Shown: positions 30,615-41,459 of the stretch, piece after piece
How the letters are laid out: each line of letters begins with the position of its first letter
How positions within the stretch are numbered: the stretch's first letter is position 1
NCBI GenBank assembly: GCA_963726195.1
Contig: CAVSBO010000004.1
Span: 351,723-415,722 of the forward strand
DNA length: 64,000 nt
Reading direction: 5' to 3'
Source: Candidatus Thorarchaeota archaeon
Lineage (GTDB): Archaea; Asgardarchaeota; Thorarchaeia; Thorarchaeales; Thorarchaeaceae
Translations under genes and position numbers: made by a program
Notes under the pieces: generated by a model
What the model saw: the letters and a program-made list of their open reading frames with translations, nothing else
Told to the model about the DNA's origin: nothing
Databases searched by the model: none

Positions 30615-31277
30615 CTATTCCAACTTCGTGCTTTTTAGCAGAATTGACAGGGGAATATCGAAATGCTGCCCGGTTGGTAGGGTTCTTCTCACGGTCATGG
30701 GAAGTGCACCTGCCTTCAGTTCAGCCTCAGCGAGGGCAAACAGTCCTTTCGGGGCAGTGCTCATATCGATGAGTACGGGGGCGCCCATTGATATCTGAAG
30801 TGCACGAGCACCAATCACTCTGGCTCTCTCGTACTTCGTCAACCACTTCGGACCGATCTCTATACCCATCTCTTTCTTCTCTCTGTCATACCCGGTCTGC
30901 AATGACGCGACTTCGTCCTCGTGAGCCAGCTCGGTTGCAGGAGGCAGTTCTACCTTTTCGGGTTCGGCATCGGTGCTCTTCTTGCGTTTAGCCTTCTTGC
31001 CCTTCTCTTCCGCTTCGGCCGCGGACTCCTCCAAGAAGGACTTTGCTTCGTTGATTATGACCTCTGCCTTTGCCTCGCTCAGACCAGGAACTGCACCAGC
31101 TAGCGTTTCGGCATCCACTGCAGCAATCTTCTCGACATCGCCGTAACCGGCAGCTGCAAGCTTCTCAGCAGTCTTTGGTCCCACGCCGGGAATCTTGGTC
31201 AGGACGAAAGACCGTTCTGGTTCTTCCTCGATGAACTCCTCGTTCTCGTTCTCTTCCGGGTCGAAGTCTTCTGCCAT
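30615..31277 (-). CDS. rpo6: RNA polymerase subunit Rpo6 (K) with acidic N-tail and fused helix-hairpin-helix domain
   Basis: C-terminal [22 protein letters not shown]...[10 protein letters not shown] signature. N-terminal [12 protein letters not shown]...VPGLSEAKA HhH pair. Confidence 0.92.
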   Translation of the reverse strand: MAEDFDPEENENEEFIEEEPERSFVLTKIPGVGPKTAEKLAAAGYGDVEKIAAVDAETLAGAVPGLSEAKAEVIINEAKSFLEESAAEAEEKGKKAKRKKSTDAEPEKVELPPATELAHEDEVASLQTGYDREKKEMGIEIGPKWLTKYERARVIGARALQISMGAPVLIDMSTAPKGLFALAEAELKAGALPMTVRRTLPTGQHFDIPLSILLKSTKLE

Positions 31278-31310
31278 TAGTCGCACCTTTTCGTCATACC
31301 AACGGGGTCT

Positions 31311-32978
31311 CTAGTCTTGGTCGAGTTCCCTATCGTGTTCTCCCTTGCCCTTGCCGCCCGGAGAGCCCATTCCCTTCTTGCCTTTGGAGCTAATCACATC
31401 GTCGATTTTCAGAATCATCTGTGAGGCCTCTGCGGCAGAAGCGATAACTTGCCTCTTGACAAGTGTTGGTTCAATGACGCGAGATTTCTTCATGTCGCCA
31501 ACCTTCCCCTTTTCAACGTCGATTCCGAATGTGACCTTGCCTTCGGAGTGTGCCGTTCTAAGGTCAACAAGCGTATCAATTGGTTCGAGGCCAGCGTTCT
31601 CCGCAAGCGTTGCAGGGATAGACTCTATTGCATCTGCGAACGAGTTCACAGCGTACTGCTCTCTTCCTTCGAGAGTCGATGCCAACTGACGGAGCTTCAT
31701 GGCTACCTCGGTCTCGACTGCACCTCCTCCGTAGTTAATCTTCGGGTACTTCATGACATCACGCACAACCCAAAGAGCATCGTTCACGACACGGTCAACT
31801 TCGTCGACAACGTGTTGAGTGCCACCCCTGATTAGGATGGTTACTGCTGATGAGAATGGCGTTCCCTCGACGAAGACCATTTTGTCATCGCCGATTTTCC
31901 TCTGCTCAACGAGCTTTGCTTTTCCGAGGTCTGCCTTAGTGAGCATGTGAATCTTTGAAACGATCGCAGCTCCTGTGGCCTTGTGAAGTCTCTCCACATC
32001 TGACTTCTTGATTCTTCTAACGGCTAGGATACCATTCTTGGCAAGATAGTGCTGGGCCACGTCATCAATCCCTTTCTGGCAGATTACGACGTTCGCTCCT
32101 GATTCAATGACTTTGTCAACCATGGTCTTGAGAAGTCTCTCCTCCTCACCAAGGAAGTCCTGCATCGACTGAGGATCATGAATCGCAATCTTGGCCGTGA
32201 TCTCTGTCTTTGTAATCTCGAGTGGACACTCCAAGAGAGCTATCCGGGCCGCTTCCACCTTTGTTGGCATACCCGGATGAATAACCTCCTTGTCAAGGAC
32301 GATGCCCTTCACGAGTTCGGTTGACAGGAACGACAAACCGTGCTGCTTCTGACGAGGTAGGTTTTCCATGTCAATCTCTTCACCGGGCTGCAATGACTTG
32401 GCCACAGACATGACTGCGTCCACTACGACTTCTGCTAGAGTATCTCTTGAGGTGGACACAAACTTGCTCGACATTGCGGTCTTAGCAACGTCAATCAGCA
32501 GCTTCCTGTATCCGGGGTCCTTAGGATCCACGGTCTCAGCCGCAGAATCGATGATCTGCGAGGCTTTGTCAGCTGCTTTCCTATAGCCGCTGATTATCGT
32601 GGTGGGGTGTATCTTCTGATCCAGAAGCGTCAGAGCTTGCTTCAGCAGCTCACCCGTGAGGACAGCCGCGGTGGTTGTGCCATCGCCCACCTCAGAGTCG
32701 ACTGTCTTGCTAACTTCTATTACCATCTTTGCGGCTGGATGTGCGATATCCATCTCCTTCAGAATCGTAGCGCCATCGTTGCTGATCGTTACGTCACCAA
32801 AAGAGTCCACAAGCATCTTGTCCATGCCCTTTGGACCCAAGGCTGACTTGACTGCTTCAGCAACTACCATTGCCGCCATGATGTTGTTTCTTTGGGCATC
32901 CCGGCCAGTGTTCCGTTCTGTGCCTTCTCTGAGTATCAAAACCGGAACACTTTGGCCACCCTGTTGACTCACAATCAT
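31311..32978 (-). CDS. ths: Thermosome (group II chaperonin) subunit
   Basis: [29 protein letters not shown] and ILKIDDVI. Confidence 0.96.
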   Translation of the reverse strand: MIVSQQGGQSVPVLILREGTERNTGRDAQRNNIMAAMVVAEAVKSALGPKGMDKMLVDSFGDVTISNDGATILKEMDIAHPAAKMVIEVSKTVDSEVGDGTTTAAVLTGELLKQALTLLDQKIHPTTIISGYRKAADKASQIIDSAAETVDPKDPGYRKLLIDVAKTAMSSKFVSTSRDTLAEVVVDAVMSVAKSLQPGEEIDMENLPRQKQHGLSFLSTELVKGIVLDKEVIHPGMPTKVEAARIALLECPLEITKTEITAKIAIHDPQSMQDFLGEEERLLKTMVDKVIESGANVVICQKGIDDVAQHYLAKNGILAVRRIKKSDVERLHKATGAAIVSKIHMLTKADLGKAKLVEQRKIGDDKMVFVEGTPFSSAVTILIRGGTQHVVDEVDRVVNDALWVVRDVMKYPKINYGGGAVETEVAMKLRQLASTLEGREQYAVNSFADAIESIPATLAENAGLEPIDTLVDLRTAHSEGKVTFGIDVEKGKVGDMKKSRVIEPTLVKRQVIASAAEASQMILKIDDVISSKGKKGMGSPGGKGKGEHDRELDQD

Positions 32979-33029
32979 TTCCTCCGTTTGGAATAATCAT
33001 TGACCTAACCTAGACGGGTTCAGCCAAAA

Positions 33030-33061
33030 CTGTACATGGACTTCGTGTACAGCATTTAAGG
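33030..33061 (-). promoter_or_regulatory. Inverted repeat CTGTACA-N9-TGTACAG adjacent to a TATA-like box upstream of the thermosome gene
   Basis: Palindrome at 33030-33052. A minus-strand CCTTAAAT at 33054-33061 lies immediately upstream. Confidence 0.45.
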
Positions 33062-33154
33062 ATTATCTTCGAACCTCGCCGATAATTGGGCGGCTGCCTT
33101 TGTTGCAGTAAAAAAGTTGTCGGCAAGAACACAATGGGATGAGTCACTCAGGGT

Positions 33155-34078
33155 TCACAATCCCGAAATGATAAGCCTCCGCAGCACGATGTTGTCACCT
33201 TTCTTTGCGTCGAGGGCTTGGGCTATGTGGGGGCACTTGGCTTTCAACACGTAGTAGGTCTCGACACCCGATTCACTCTGAATCTCAGGAAATGTCTCCA
33301 CATTCGCTTGTCCCTTGGAGATTACGAGTTGACTTCTTGCGACCAGTTCGAGGAACTGGCGGCTTACCCATTTCTTAGGAACTCCGAGTGCCCAAGCCCC
33401 TGTGTTGGAAACCTCTGCAAATTCCTCAATGCCTGAACCCATCACATCTTCTTCCGTCGCGTCATTCACCATGGCTCTGGCTTTGACAACGAAGTTGATT
33501 GTCCATCCCATTTCCTTGGCGAACTTCAGGAAAGGTATGTCGAAGTAGGTCTCTCCGGCGTTGTCAGCAAGGTATGTCAACAAGCCTGCCCTCGAGTTGA
33601 GCGATTTCCATAGCTGCTTCGAGTTGTCAATCGCGAATCCCTCTTCGATTATGCGGGTGAACGAAGACCGGAGGCCGCCCAAGTCAGGTTCGTAACTCGC
33701 TGTGTTGTAGTCTATCAGATTGCCTGCAATTGCTGCTGCGAGCGCCGCCCTGAGACGGTCATAGCCAAACTTCGACGTTACCTGCTCATCGACCCAAGGC
33801 AGAGTCTTCTTGGCAGCCTCAATGCTGAGTCTCTTTATTTCGCTCAGGGGGTTTTCAGCTCCCTTCAAGGAATACAGTTCTTGATACAACAGAATTGATA
33901 GATCGACGGGAGGTGTCCTCTTCTTGTAGCCTTCGGAGAGTCGCTTGAATGCTAGCCTATACAGCTCAAACTGCTCCTCCTTGTTCTTGGATATGAGTGG
34001 CAACAGCGTCTGAAGGCTGTTCAGGATGCACGAAGAGCATTCGGGTATGAGGGGAACCTCAATATCATTCGTCGACAA
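33155..34078 (-). CDS. ARMT1/DUF89 damage-control phosphatase
   Basis: ECSSC N-terminus, AIAGNLID, DNAGE, NDAT, SKGQAN and KAKC. Confidence 0.9.
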   Translation of the reverse strand: MSTNDIEVPLIPECSSCILNSLQTLLPLISKNKEEQFELYRLAFKRLSEGYKKRTPPVDLSILLYQELYSLKGAENPLSEIKRLSIEAAKKTLPWVDEQVTSKFGYDRLRAALAAAIAGNLIDYNTASYEPDLGGLRSSFTRIIEEGFAIDNSKQLWKSLNSRAGLLTYLADNAGETYFDIPFLKFAKEMGWTINFVVKARAMVNDATEEDVMGSGIEEFAEVSNTGAWALGVPKKWVSRQFLELVARSQLVISKGQANVETFPEIQSESGVETYYVLKAKCPHIAQALDAKKGDNIVLRRLIISGL

Positions 34079-34569
34079 CGGCCTCGGCCCCCGGCTGAGG
34101 TTCGAGCTTCTTGGTCATGAGGTAAGCGTCCTCACCATCCCTATAGTACCCTTTGAGAACGCGTTTGATTTCAAACGCCATGTTCTCGTAGATGGAGACT
34201 GCGGCTTCGTTTGATTTCCGAACCTCAAGGAAGCACTCAGCCGCGCCGTAGATTGACATGCTGTCCATTGCTGCCTTCACGAGGTCAGACCCCACACCTT
34301 GCCGGCGGCTCTCTGGCATAACTGCTACAGAAACAATATGCCCTTTCTTCACAGGAAGGCGACCGTAGCTGGATACTCCTCTTTCTATCCTACACATAAT
34401 GTACCCGATAACGCGGTTGTCGTCAAGGGCAACAAGGAACGCCTTTGGAGCGTGATAATAAAGACCTAGGAAGAAGTCTGTCTGGGTAGTTTTCAGGAAG
34501 GCAAGTCCTGTTGATTTCCATTACGCTCTCTAGGTCGTCTCGTTCGAACTGCCTTAGGACCCAAGCCAT
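34065..34569 (-). CDS. ard1: N-terminal protein acetyltransferase Ard1/RimI; frameshift at ~34480
   Basis: MAWVLRQFERDDLESVMEINRTCLPENY in the upstream frame, then GHIVSVAV, LEVRKSN and YYRDGEDAYLM. Confidence 0.88.
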
Positions 34570-34730
34570 GATTGTTACTCCATTCGCGTTCGGGTACTCA
34601 TGGCGGCATGATTGCGGTTTTTATGAGTTGTGCCGAGGACAGATTACGGCACCTGAATCGATGCAAGGATATGGCAGATTAGGTGCGCAGGAGCTAATCT
34701 CTTATCTGCTTCTTTCTTAGATACGGCGGC

Positions 34731-35300
34731 GTGACAGCCATACTTGTTGGGGGCACACCGGGGACAGGGAAATCAGAGGTTGCCGCGATATTGGGCGACC
34801 GGTTGAAAGCCAAGGTCGTGTCGCTGGGCGAACTTGCCAAGCAGGCAGGCTGTATCAGCGAGCAGGACATAGAGAGGGACACAGATGTCATTGATGAAGA
34901 CTGCTTGGTTGACGCGATTCTAGATTTCCTTGAAGGAGAGCCAGACCGCATCATAATCGAAGGTCACTACGTAGACCTTGTACCATACGACTCTGTCGAT
35001 CGGGTTTTCATTCTGCGAACGCACCCCGAGGCACTGAGAGAGCGCTTGGCAGCACGAGGCTACTCAAAGGAAAAGGTGGCGGAAAACATAGAGGCGGAGG
35101 TCATCGGGGTGTGTCAGATGGATGCCATCGAGTCATTTGGTGAGGCAAGGGTGTTCGAGATCGACACAACAGACCTCACTCCAACGCAAGCGGCAGACAA
35201 AATCGTTGAGATGATGAAACCTAGAACGCGTTCGCCGAGGTACGACTGGATGGAGCTCCTCGAGAGCGAGGGAAGACTTGATGAGTTCTTGAGCGATTGA
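34731..35300 (+). CDS. Atypical adenylate kinase AK6/Fap7 family
   Basis: GTPGTGKS P-loop, IIEGH and RGYSKEKVAENIEAE. Confidence 0.92.
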   Translation: MTAILVGGTPGTGKSEVAAILGDRLKAKVVSLGELAKQAGCISEQDIERDTDVIDEDCLVDAILDFLEGEPDRIIIEGHYVDLVPYDSVDRVFILRTHPEALRERLAARGYSKEKVAENIEAEVIGVCQMDAIESFGEARVFEIDTTDLTPTQAADKIVEMMKPRTRSPRYDWMELLESEGRLDEFLSD

Positions 35301-35340
35301 GCTGAGGAGATGGTGCGCGGCTTTGCATGAGAACACCTAA

Positions 35341-35880
35341 GTGGATCTCCGGCCGCAAAATGGTGGATGGTCTGACACCTTGCCGACGAAGGTAAGAATA
35401 GTAACTGACAACGGAGCCATTATGCTCGAACTCTGGTCTGACGACGCGATAAACACCGTGAGGAATTTCGTCGAACTGGCAGAGAGTGGGTTCTACAATG
35501 GGCTCAAGTTCCATAGAGTAGTCCCGGACTTCGTGATTCAGGGCGGAGATCCACAAGGCACTGGCATGGGCGGACCAGGTTATGCGATACCGTGCGAGAC
35601 CAAGGGTCCCAGACAGAAACATTTCGAGGGCGCTCTCTCAATGGCCCATGCAGGACCAAACACTGGTGGAAGTCAGTTCTTCATTGTGTTGAGCGAGAAG
35701 AACTGCAAGCGTCTTGACGGCAGGCATACCGTCTTTGGAAGAGTGACGCAGGGACTAGACGTTGTCAAGAAGATCAAGCAAGGCGACAGGATGATCAAGG
35801 TTGAGGTTCTTGAGATTGATCCTGTGGTTGCAAAGCAAGTGCTGAAGAAGATGCCAGTTGCTAGGTTACACAATACATAG
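35341..35880 (+). CDS. Cyclophilin-type peptidyl-prolyl isomerase
   Basis: [32 protein letters not shown] and HTVFGRV. Confidence 0.95.
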   Translation: MDLRPQNGGWSDTLPTKVRIVTDNGAIMLELWSDDAINTVRNFVELAESGFYNGLKFHRVVPDFVIQGGDPQGTGMGGPGYAIPCETKGPRQKHFEGALSMAHAGPNTGGSQFFIVLSEKNCKRLDGRHTVFGRVTQGLDVVKKIKQGDRMIKVEVLEIDPVVAKQVLKKMPVARLHNT

Positions 35881-35967
35881 CAGCTACGTGGAAGGCCTCG
35901 CTAAACCCGATGCCATAGAGCCTGTCTTCCTGTGGCCGGGCGCTGGTGATGCCTAACCCGAGATATG

Positions 35968-36588
35968 TCACTCTTTGTTCCGAAGAACAACTGCAAGAAC
36001 GCATAGGAGAGCAACCAGAAGCATTGTGAATGGTGTTCCTGTCGGTGAGTAGGTAGCTGATGGGTCTACCTCCAGCGCAAACGAAATCAGGAAGTAGACA
36101 GTCATTCCGGACATTGCCATCATCATGCCTGGTATTAGAGAGATCCACGCAAACTTGGGATTACTGTAGGCTAGGAGACCACAAACAATCGTGATGGCGC
36201 CTGCGATGACCGGGAAGAGAAAGAACACACTGCCTGATTTCACGAACCCGTCGACGAAGTTGTCAAAGCCAGCATCGGGAGGGTGCACCATTACGACAAG
36301 GAACTCAGTCCAAATGGACAAGAACCCTGCAACGAGCAGGGTCAGCAGCGACCACCTGTATTTTACAAGTCCGAGTTCCTTTTTCCGCAGCTGCTTCCGC
36401 AGTTCCTTCGCCTTTCTTATCCTCTTGGCCTGCTTGCCTTCTTCTATGGAACGTTCACTTCTTGTGAGGCCGTCGTCAGTCTTCTGCTCTTCCTGCACCG
36501 ACTTGACAATCTCATCAGACATGTCTGAGGAATCTTCTGTGTCCGTTGGCCTCTCATCTTTCTGTTCCATAGGCATCAGATTCACCAT
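35968..36588 (-). CDS. Hypothetical membrane protein with charged N-terminal coil
   Basis: Acidic/basic N-terminus followed by about 4 TM helices. Confidence 0.7.
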   Translation of the reverse strand: MVNLMPMEQKDERPTDTEDSSDMSDEIVKSVQEEQKTDDGLTRSERSIEEGKQAKRIRKAKELRKQLRKKELGLVKYRWSLLTLLVAGFLSIWTEFLVVMVHPPDAGFDNFVDGFVKSGSVFFLFPVIAGAITIVCGLLAYSNPKFAWISLIPGMMMAMSGMTVYFLISFALEVDPSATYSPTGTPFTMLLVALLCVLAVVLRNKE

Positions 36589-36632
36589 CGAATTGTCTCT
36601 TATTTAAGCGTCAGTGTCTGCGCGGAGTCCTG

Positions 36633-38963
36633 TCAGTCTGACATGAAAATCGATGATTCGATTCTCTTCACGACAGGGTCTTCCAGTGCTCTCTCGACAT
36701 GCCTCTCAACGTCCGCTCGGTTGAGCGCACCGTAGACGTCTTGCGCACGAGTCATTCTTCTCCGGCCGTTGAGCGCACTAGCAACTGTCCGAACCAGTTT
36801 CGGCTCGTGACCGAGGTACAGCGAATAGGTAATCGCATCAGTCACTCTCTCAAGGTAGGCAGTCGCTTTCTTTTCATCCGAGCTTTGTGTGACCTTGCTA
36901 TGGAGTTCGCTGAGGCTTCTGAAGAGAAGAGCGAGTGGTCTGTCCTCCTTTGGATACACGATTGGTAGGTCTTCGAATATGCCTGTGTTCATGCAGGTTG
37001 TTAGCTGGGAGTAGTTGGTCAAGTAGCGAGTGCACACATACCTGACCATTCGCGAGTTGAGTATTGCACCCAGCGCCTCAGGGTCGACGCTCTGGTCGGT
37101 TGGCCGAATTCTTACAGCTCCACCCCCGTGGATCATTCCCTTTGGTTTCATCACACACCTGGGATAGGGATAGTTCTTCGTGGCAAGAAGAAAGCGATTG
37201 GAATAGGACTCCGTCAAGGCATGGTCCTGTTTGAACCACTTGTCTGCATGAATGAGGTGTTCGGAGTCAATGGTGTAGCGCTTCACACTACGTCCTTTTG
37301 TGGCATACGGAATAGTGTAGTCCCCTTCGCTCTTGTCACGAACGTGGTCCTTGGGTATGTCCTTTCCACGTGAGGCGGTCAAGAGGTCTCTAACACTTCT
37401 TTGGAGTATTCGGCCGAGAACATCATCATAGTAGAGAACAAAAATCCTTGCTGACCTCAGGACATCCCATGGGACTTGATTAATGCTCTCCACTCCCGGC
37501 CTTCTTGACACTACTCTGATATTGTGTCCTCCTGTATCGTCTTCCGCGGTGCAAAAGAGACTGACCATCTCAAGTGTAACGCCCTCGAACGGACTGCCCT
37601 CGTCGACTATCTCCCACATCTTCGTGTGGTCACGCAAGAACGACCTCGTCTTGGAGAACTGGTGGACCCTTAGGACACTATTCGGCACGATGAACCCAAT
37701 TTCGCCGCCTTCCTTCAAGAGCATCTCGGAACGAACAATGAAGAAGGCGGCAGTATTCCAGGTTCCTTCTTCTCCTCCACTTACGAGCCCTCCATATGTG
37801 TCAGAAAGTTCTCTCCTTTCAGAAGTACTCAAGATGCTCCCGTAGGGAGGATTTCCAATCACGATATCAAAGCCGCCAACTTCATCATTAATGATGTCAC
37901 TGAATTTCAGGTGCCAATCAAATGAGTCAGGTTCCGATGATGGTCGTTGAGTCGCTTCTATGCTTGCTGAGCTCTCCATCTTTCTGGAGCTCTGTCTTCG
38001 TGTCTTCTTCAGCGATTCTGAGACCGGAGCTCCAATGAGGCTATTTCCGCATCTTATGGTTTCATCAAGTCTAAGTTGCTGCGGTTCTGAGTTCTCAGGC
38101 AGTGATGAAAGATACCAAAGCCTCAATCTCGTTTTGCACAGGTCTATTGCTCCTGCCATTATGTCGACGCCATTGAGATTCATGTTTATTACGTTCCTGC
38201 GGAGAATGTGAAGTGGGGATTGATCTCCGAGAAGCAGTCTCGCGGCTTCGAGCCATTCACCAGCCGCAATCAGAAACACGCCTCCACCTACGGCGGGGTC
38301 GAGTATCTTCACATTCCGAAGCAGATTGAGAGCTTCCTCACGTTGTTCTTCTGTGATGGATGATAGCTGCTTCGGGTCGATTAGGTCGATGCCTGTTCTT
38401 GAATTCAGCCAGTGACGCAATGAGTTGCTGACTATGTACCATGTTATGTAGTCTGGCGTGTAATAGGAACCAGTTCTTCTATTGTTTCGTCTCAATCCTT
38501 TTGGCTGGAGCAATGCGAAACTCGATTCGTCTCGGACGTTCAAGAGTGCACAGGTAATGTTCTCGTAGATCCAGTTGAGGAATCCCGGTGTCACGCTTTC
38601 CTTCGTTACGCCCAGTACGGAGTCTGCCGAGAATAGTGACTGAAGTTCTTCGTGATGTGTACTGGCCGATGGTTCTCTGATCCCCTGTTGCACAAGCTGT
38701 TTCTGAGAGTCATTCTCGTCCGGCCGCTCACACATTGCCGCAACTAGTGATTCATTGACGACTTCTATTACCTCAAGGAGCCTGTCCTTCAATGGTCGTG
38801 AGTTATCCATTAATTGAGCACGTTCGAGAGCGAAGGCCCAAATATCTGAGCCCAATCGCTCGTAATCTGGCAGGTTGTAAAGGAGCTTGTAAAGTGTACT
38901 CGCTTCAATGCGGGGAAGAAATGAGGACATCACGTCCTCCAGAGTCGCAGTCATCTTGCTCAC
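36633..38963 (-). CDS. N6-adenine DNA methyltransferase (Eco57I/TaqI-like, gamma class)
   Basis: GSYYTP, ILDPAVGGGVFL (motif I), GNSL, DIVIGNPPY (motif IV) and a C-terminal TRD-like region. Confidence 0.88.
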   Translation of the reverse strand: MSKMTATLEDVMSSFLPRIEASTLYKLLYNLPDYERLGSDIWAFALERAQLMDNSRPLKDRLLEVIEVVNESLVAAMCERPDENDSQKQLVQQGIREPSASTHHEELQSLFSADSVLGVTKESVTPGFLNWIYENITCALLNVRDESSFALLQPKGLRRNNRRTGSYYTPDYITWYIVSNSLRHWLNSRTGIDLIDPKQLSSITEEQREEALNLLRNVKILDPAVGGGVFLIAAGEWLEAARLLLGDQSPLHILRRNVINMNLNGVDIMAGAIDLCKTRLRLWYLSSLPENSEPQQLRLDETIRCGNSLIGAPVSESLKKTRRQSSRKMESSASIEATQRPSSEPDSFDWHLKFSDIINDEVGGFDIVIGNPPYGSILSTSERRELSDTYGGLVSGGEEGTWNTAAFFIVRSEMLLKEGGEIGFIVPNSVLRVHQFSKTRSFLRDHTKMWEIVDEGSPFEGVTLEMVSLFCTAEDDTGGHNIRVVSRRPGVESINQVPWDVLRSARIFVLYYDDVLGRILQRSVRDLLTASRGKDIPKDHVRDKSEGDYTIPYATKGRSVKRYTIDSEHLIHADKWFKQDHALTESYSNRFLLATKNYPYPRCVMKPKGMIHGGGAVRIRPTDQSVDPEALGAILNSRMVRYVCTRYLTNYSQLTTCMNTGIFEDLPIVYPKEDRPLALLFRSLSELHSKVTQSSDEKKATAYLERVTDAITYSLYLGHEPKLVRTVASALNGRRRMTRAQDVYGALNRADVERHVERALEDPVVKRIESSIFMSD

Positions 38964-39240
38964 CCAGCGTGACGCATCTCACGTCACCGAATGTCCTGTG
39001 GATGCTTACGTGTTCGCCAAGCACCCACGCGTAATCGAACATCAGATTGGATAACAATGATTTGACAATGCGACAGGGGTCAGTACCCTTCTCAATCTCA
39101 ACGTATACCATGCCGGCTGAGCTGCTGTGAGCATAGCGAACCGCTGTCCCGTTGATGAATGCAGTGTGCTCAGCAGCATCAGCCATGATTCCGCGGCTCT
39201 TGAGAAACTGCAGATTGTATTTCGTGGCACAATCCCCCAA
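38905..39240 (-). CDS. Small hypothetical protein overlapping the methyltransferase start
   Basis: 111-aa ORF filling the gap between the hydrogenase and MTase genes. No motif recognised. Confidence 0.35.
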   Translation of the reverse strand: MGDCATKYNLQFLKSRGIMADAAEHTAFINGTAVRYAHSSSAGMVYVEIEKGTDPCRIVKSLLSNLMFDYAWVLGEHVSIHRTFGDVRCVTLGEQDDCDSGGRDVLISSPH

Positions 39241-39367
39241 TGTCTCACTGAGCTCTGGTCACATCGGAGCCTCGGCTCGCTGCACGAGGAGGTCTCTCCG
39301 CACATCCAGCCGCCTGAGACGGGACCTTGCACCAGATTGTGAGTCCGATTCCTTTGGGACGATTGGC

Positions 39368-40661
39368 TCACTTATAGTCAACGCTCACGAGGTGAGCACT
39401 GCAGCTTATGCACGGATCATACGCCCGGGCAACCATCTCGAACTGAAGCTCAAGGTTCTTGTTTTGGCCCTTTGCTAAAAGATCGTCGCCGCCCTTACGA
39501 ATGAACGCCTCAATGTCGTCCAAGAACATGGCCGTGGGAGTGATTATGTCCGCAGAAGTGATTCTCCCATCTTTCATCTCGTAATGGTGAATGAGCGTGC
39601 CACGTGGTGCCTCGACACCGCCTGTACCCATGCCAGTCTGCTTTGTAGGCTTGGCTATCTTCGGTTCCTCTTGTCCCAAGAGCTTGTCTACTATCGAAAC
39701 GATTCCTTCGAGTGAGAAGACAGTCTCAACTGCTTGAGCAAAGTTGTTGTACAGAGGGTTTCTGGGCCAGCGCTTGTTGTATAGCTTCTTGTCAGCTCTT
39801 CTTGGCCTCGCCTTTCAGACGATCGCCGAGCAACAGGACTCGTGCGAGTGCGCCAACGGTAAATGGTTTTCCGAGGTAGGCACAACGCTTAGCGAAACTG
39901 TGGGCTACAACGCGTTCCGTAATCGCGCTTTTGTAGTTGTCAATCGGCTGCTCTTTGCCATCTGATGTCAGTAGAGTATCGCCATAGTAATCATATTCCG
40001 CGTGGGGTGGCTTGAGGCAAAGGAACTGAGTGTCCCGTTCCATGAAGTCAGGAACCTGAAGTGTTGCAAGCAGGTCAATGGTTTCAAGGGCGAATGGAAT
40101 CAGTTCGGATGCTTGGTCGCGTATTGCCACAAGTGTTTGGTCATCCGGATACTTCCCAAAGCCTCCGAGTATTGGGTTCTCTCCGTGGATCATTCTTCCG
40201 CCCATTGCTCTCATTACGGTGTTGCCGAACTTCTTCAGTTTCAGCGCATTCGTAACGACCTCTCCGTACTTGTCTGTCATGGCGACGGCATTTGGATACC
40301 CGAGGAAGTCAGGGAGTGCGAGAAAGAAGACGTGAAGACTATGGCTCTCTATCATCTCGCCGTGGTGCATGAGCTGTCGGTAAGTTTTGGTCAGCTCAGG
40401 TACCTGAACACCAAGTGCCTTCTCGAGACCTCTTAGGGCTGAGTACTTGTGAGATAGGTTGCAGATTGCACAAATCCTTGGAACAAGGCTCAAGTCCTCT
40501 TCCGCGGTCTTACCCACTGCCAATGCTTCGAATAGCCGCGGCCCCTCCAAAACTTGGACCTCAACATTGCTGACTTTGTTACCCTTGATGTCTACCTTAA
40601 TGCCCCCGTGTCCTTCTACTCTTGCTAGGGGTTCAATCATGATACTGTTCTTTGCTGCCAA
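39368..40661 (-). CDS. hydA: [NiFe] hydrogenase large subunit, group 3b (sulfhydrogenase alpha); frameshift at ~39793
   Basis: ARVEGHGG, L1 RICAICNLSH, EAPRGTLIH, and L2 DPCISCSAH with a short C-terminal extension. Removing one G rejoins the two ORFs. Confidence 0.93.
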
Positions 40662-40672
40662 TCACAGTCACC

Positions 40673-41458
40673 TCACTTGAGATCCTTGATGTACTGGAGC
40701 ACCTTCTGTCCTCCATAGTTGTGTATGCGTCGCATGATGTCGTCCTTCGGAATCCCGTAGGATGCTAGCTGCTTGACTATGCTGGCGAAATTGCCATCTC
40801 GGCTGGGACCCCAGCATCCAACACACGGAAGTCCCACGTTGATACAAGCAGAACCGCAGCCTCCTGTCGTCACGGACCCGAGGCAGAACTTCTTGTCAAC
40901 CAACAAGCAACGGTTCTCGTTCATCTTGCACTCATGACAGACAGGATGCATGTAATCATCGGGTGAAGCCCCATGAATGAGCCTGGACAGAAGAGCGAAT
41001 GTCTGTGATGCACTGATGGGACAGCCAGGCAAGTAGTAGTCAACAGTAACGTGAGCATCGACGGGGGTTGCTTCGATGGGGTCAGTGATGAACTTCGTTT
41101 CCCCGTACACCTGCTTCAGTCTCTTGGCGAATTCGCCGTCTGCGGAGAACATTGCTTGAGGCCCACCGCTTACCGCACAGTTGCCCATCGCCACAAGCAC
41201 CTTCGCGCGATTGCGAATCTCCTTAATGTGCACCTTCTCCTCTTCGGTGCTGATGCTGCCCTCGACTAGCGCAACATCAAGTTCGTCTTCCATCGGGCGA
41301 CTAGACGCCATCACAAAAGACCTGATGTCAACAGCGTTGAACAAGTCCAGCAAGTAATCCTCTGAGTGAATGATGAGCAGCTGGTCACCAGCGCATCCCG
41401 TAAAGCCATAGATGCCCACTCGAGGCTTTGCTGAAACTTTGACCTTCTGTTCTGTCAT
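40673..41458 (-). CDS. hydD: [NiFe] hydrogenase small subunit (sulfhydrogenase delta)
   Basis: TGCAGD, VEGSI, GNCAVSGG, LPGCP, VCHECK, and CLG...GCGSAC...PCVGCWG. Confidence 0.9.
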   Translation of the reverse strand: MTEQKVKVSAKPRVGIYGFTGCAGDQLLIIHSEDYLLDLFNAVDIRSFVMASSRPMEDELDVALVEGSISTEEEKVHIKEIRNRAKVLVAMGNCAVSGGPQAMFSADGEFAKRLKQVYGETKFITDPIEATPVDAHVTVDYYLPGCPISASQTFALLSRLIHGASPDDYMHPVCHECKMNENRCLLVDKKFCLGSVTTGGCGSACINVGLPCVGCWGPSRDGNFASIVKQLASYGIPKDDIMRRIHNYGGQKVLQYIKDLK

Positions 41459-41459
41459 C

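Noticed and set aside
39792-39794. TGA in the hydrogenase large subunit as possible selenocysteine
   Set aside because: The downstream sequence continues in a different frame and the position is not a Cys ligand. A 1-nt insertion explains it.
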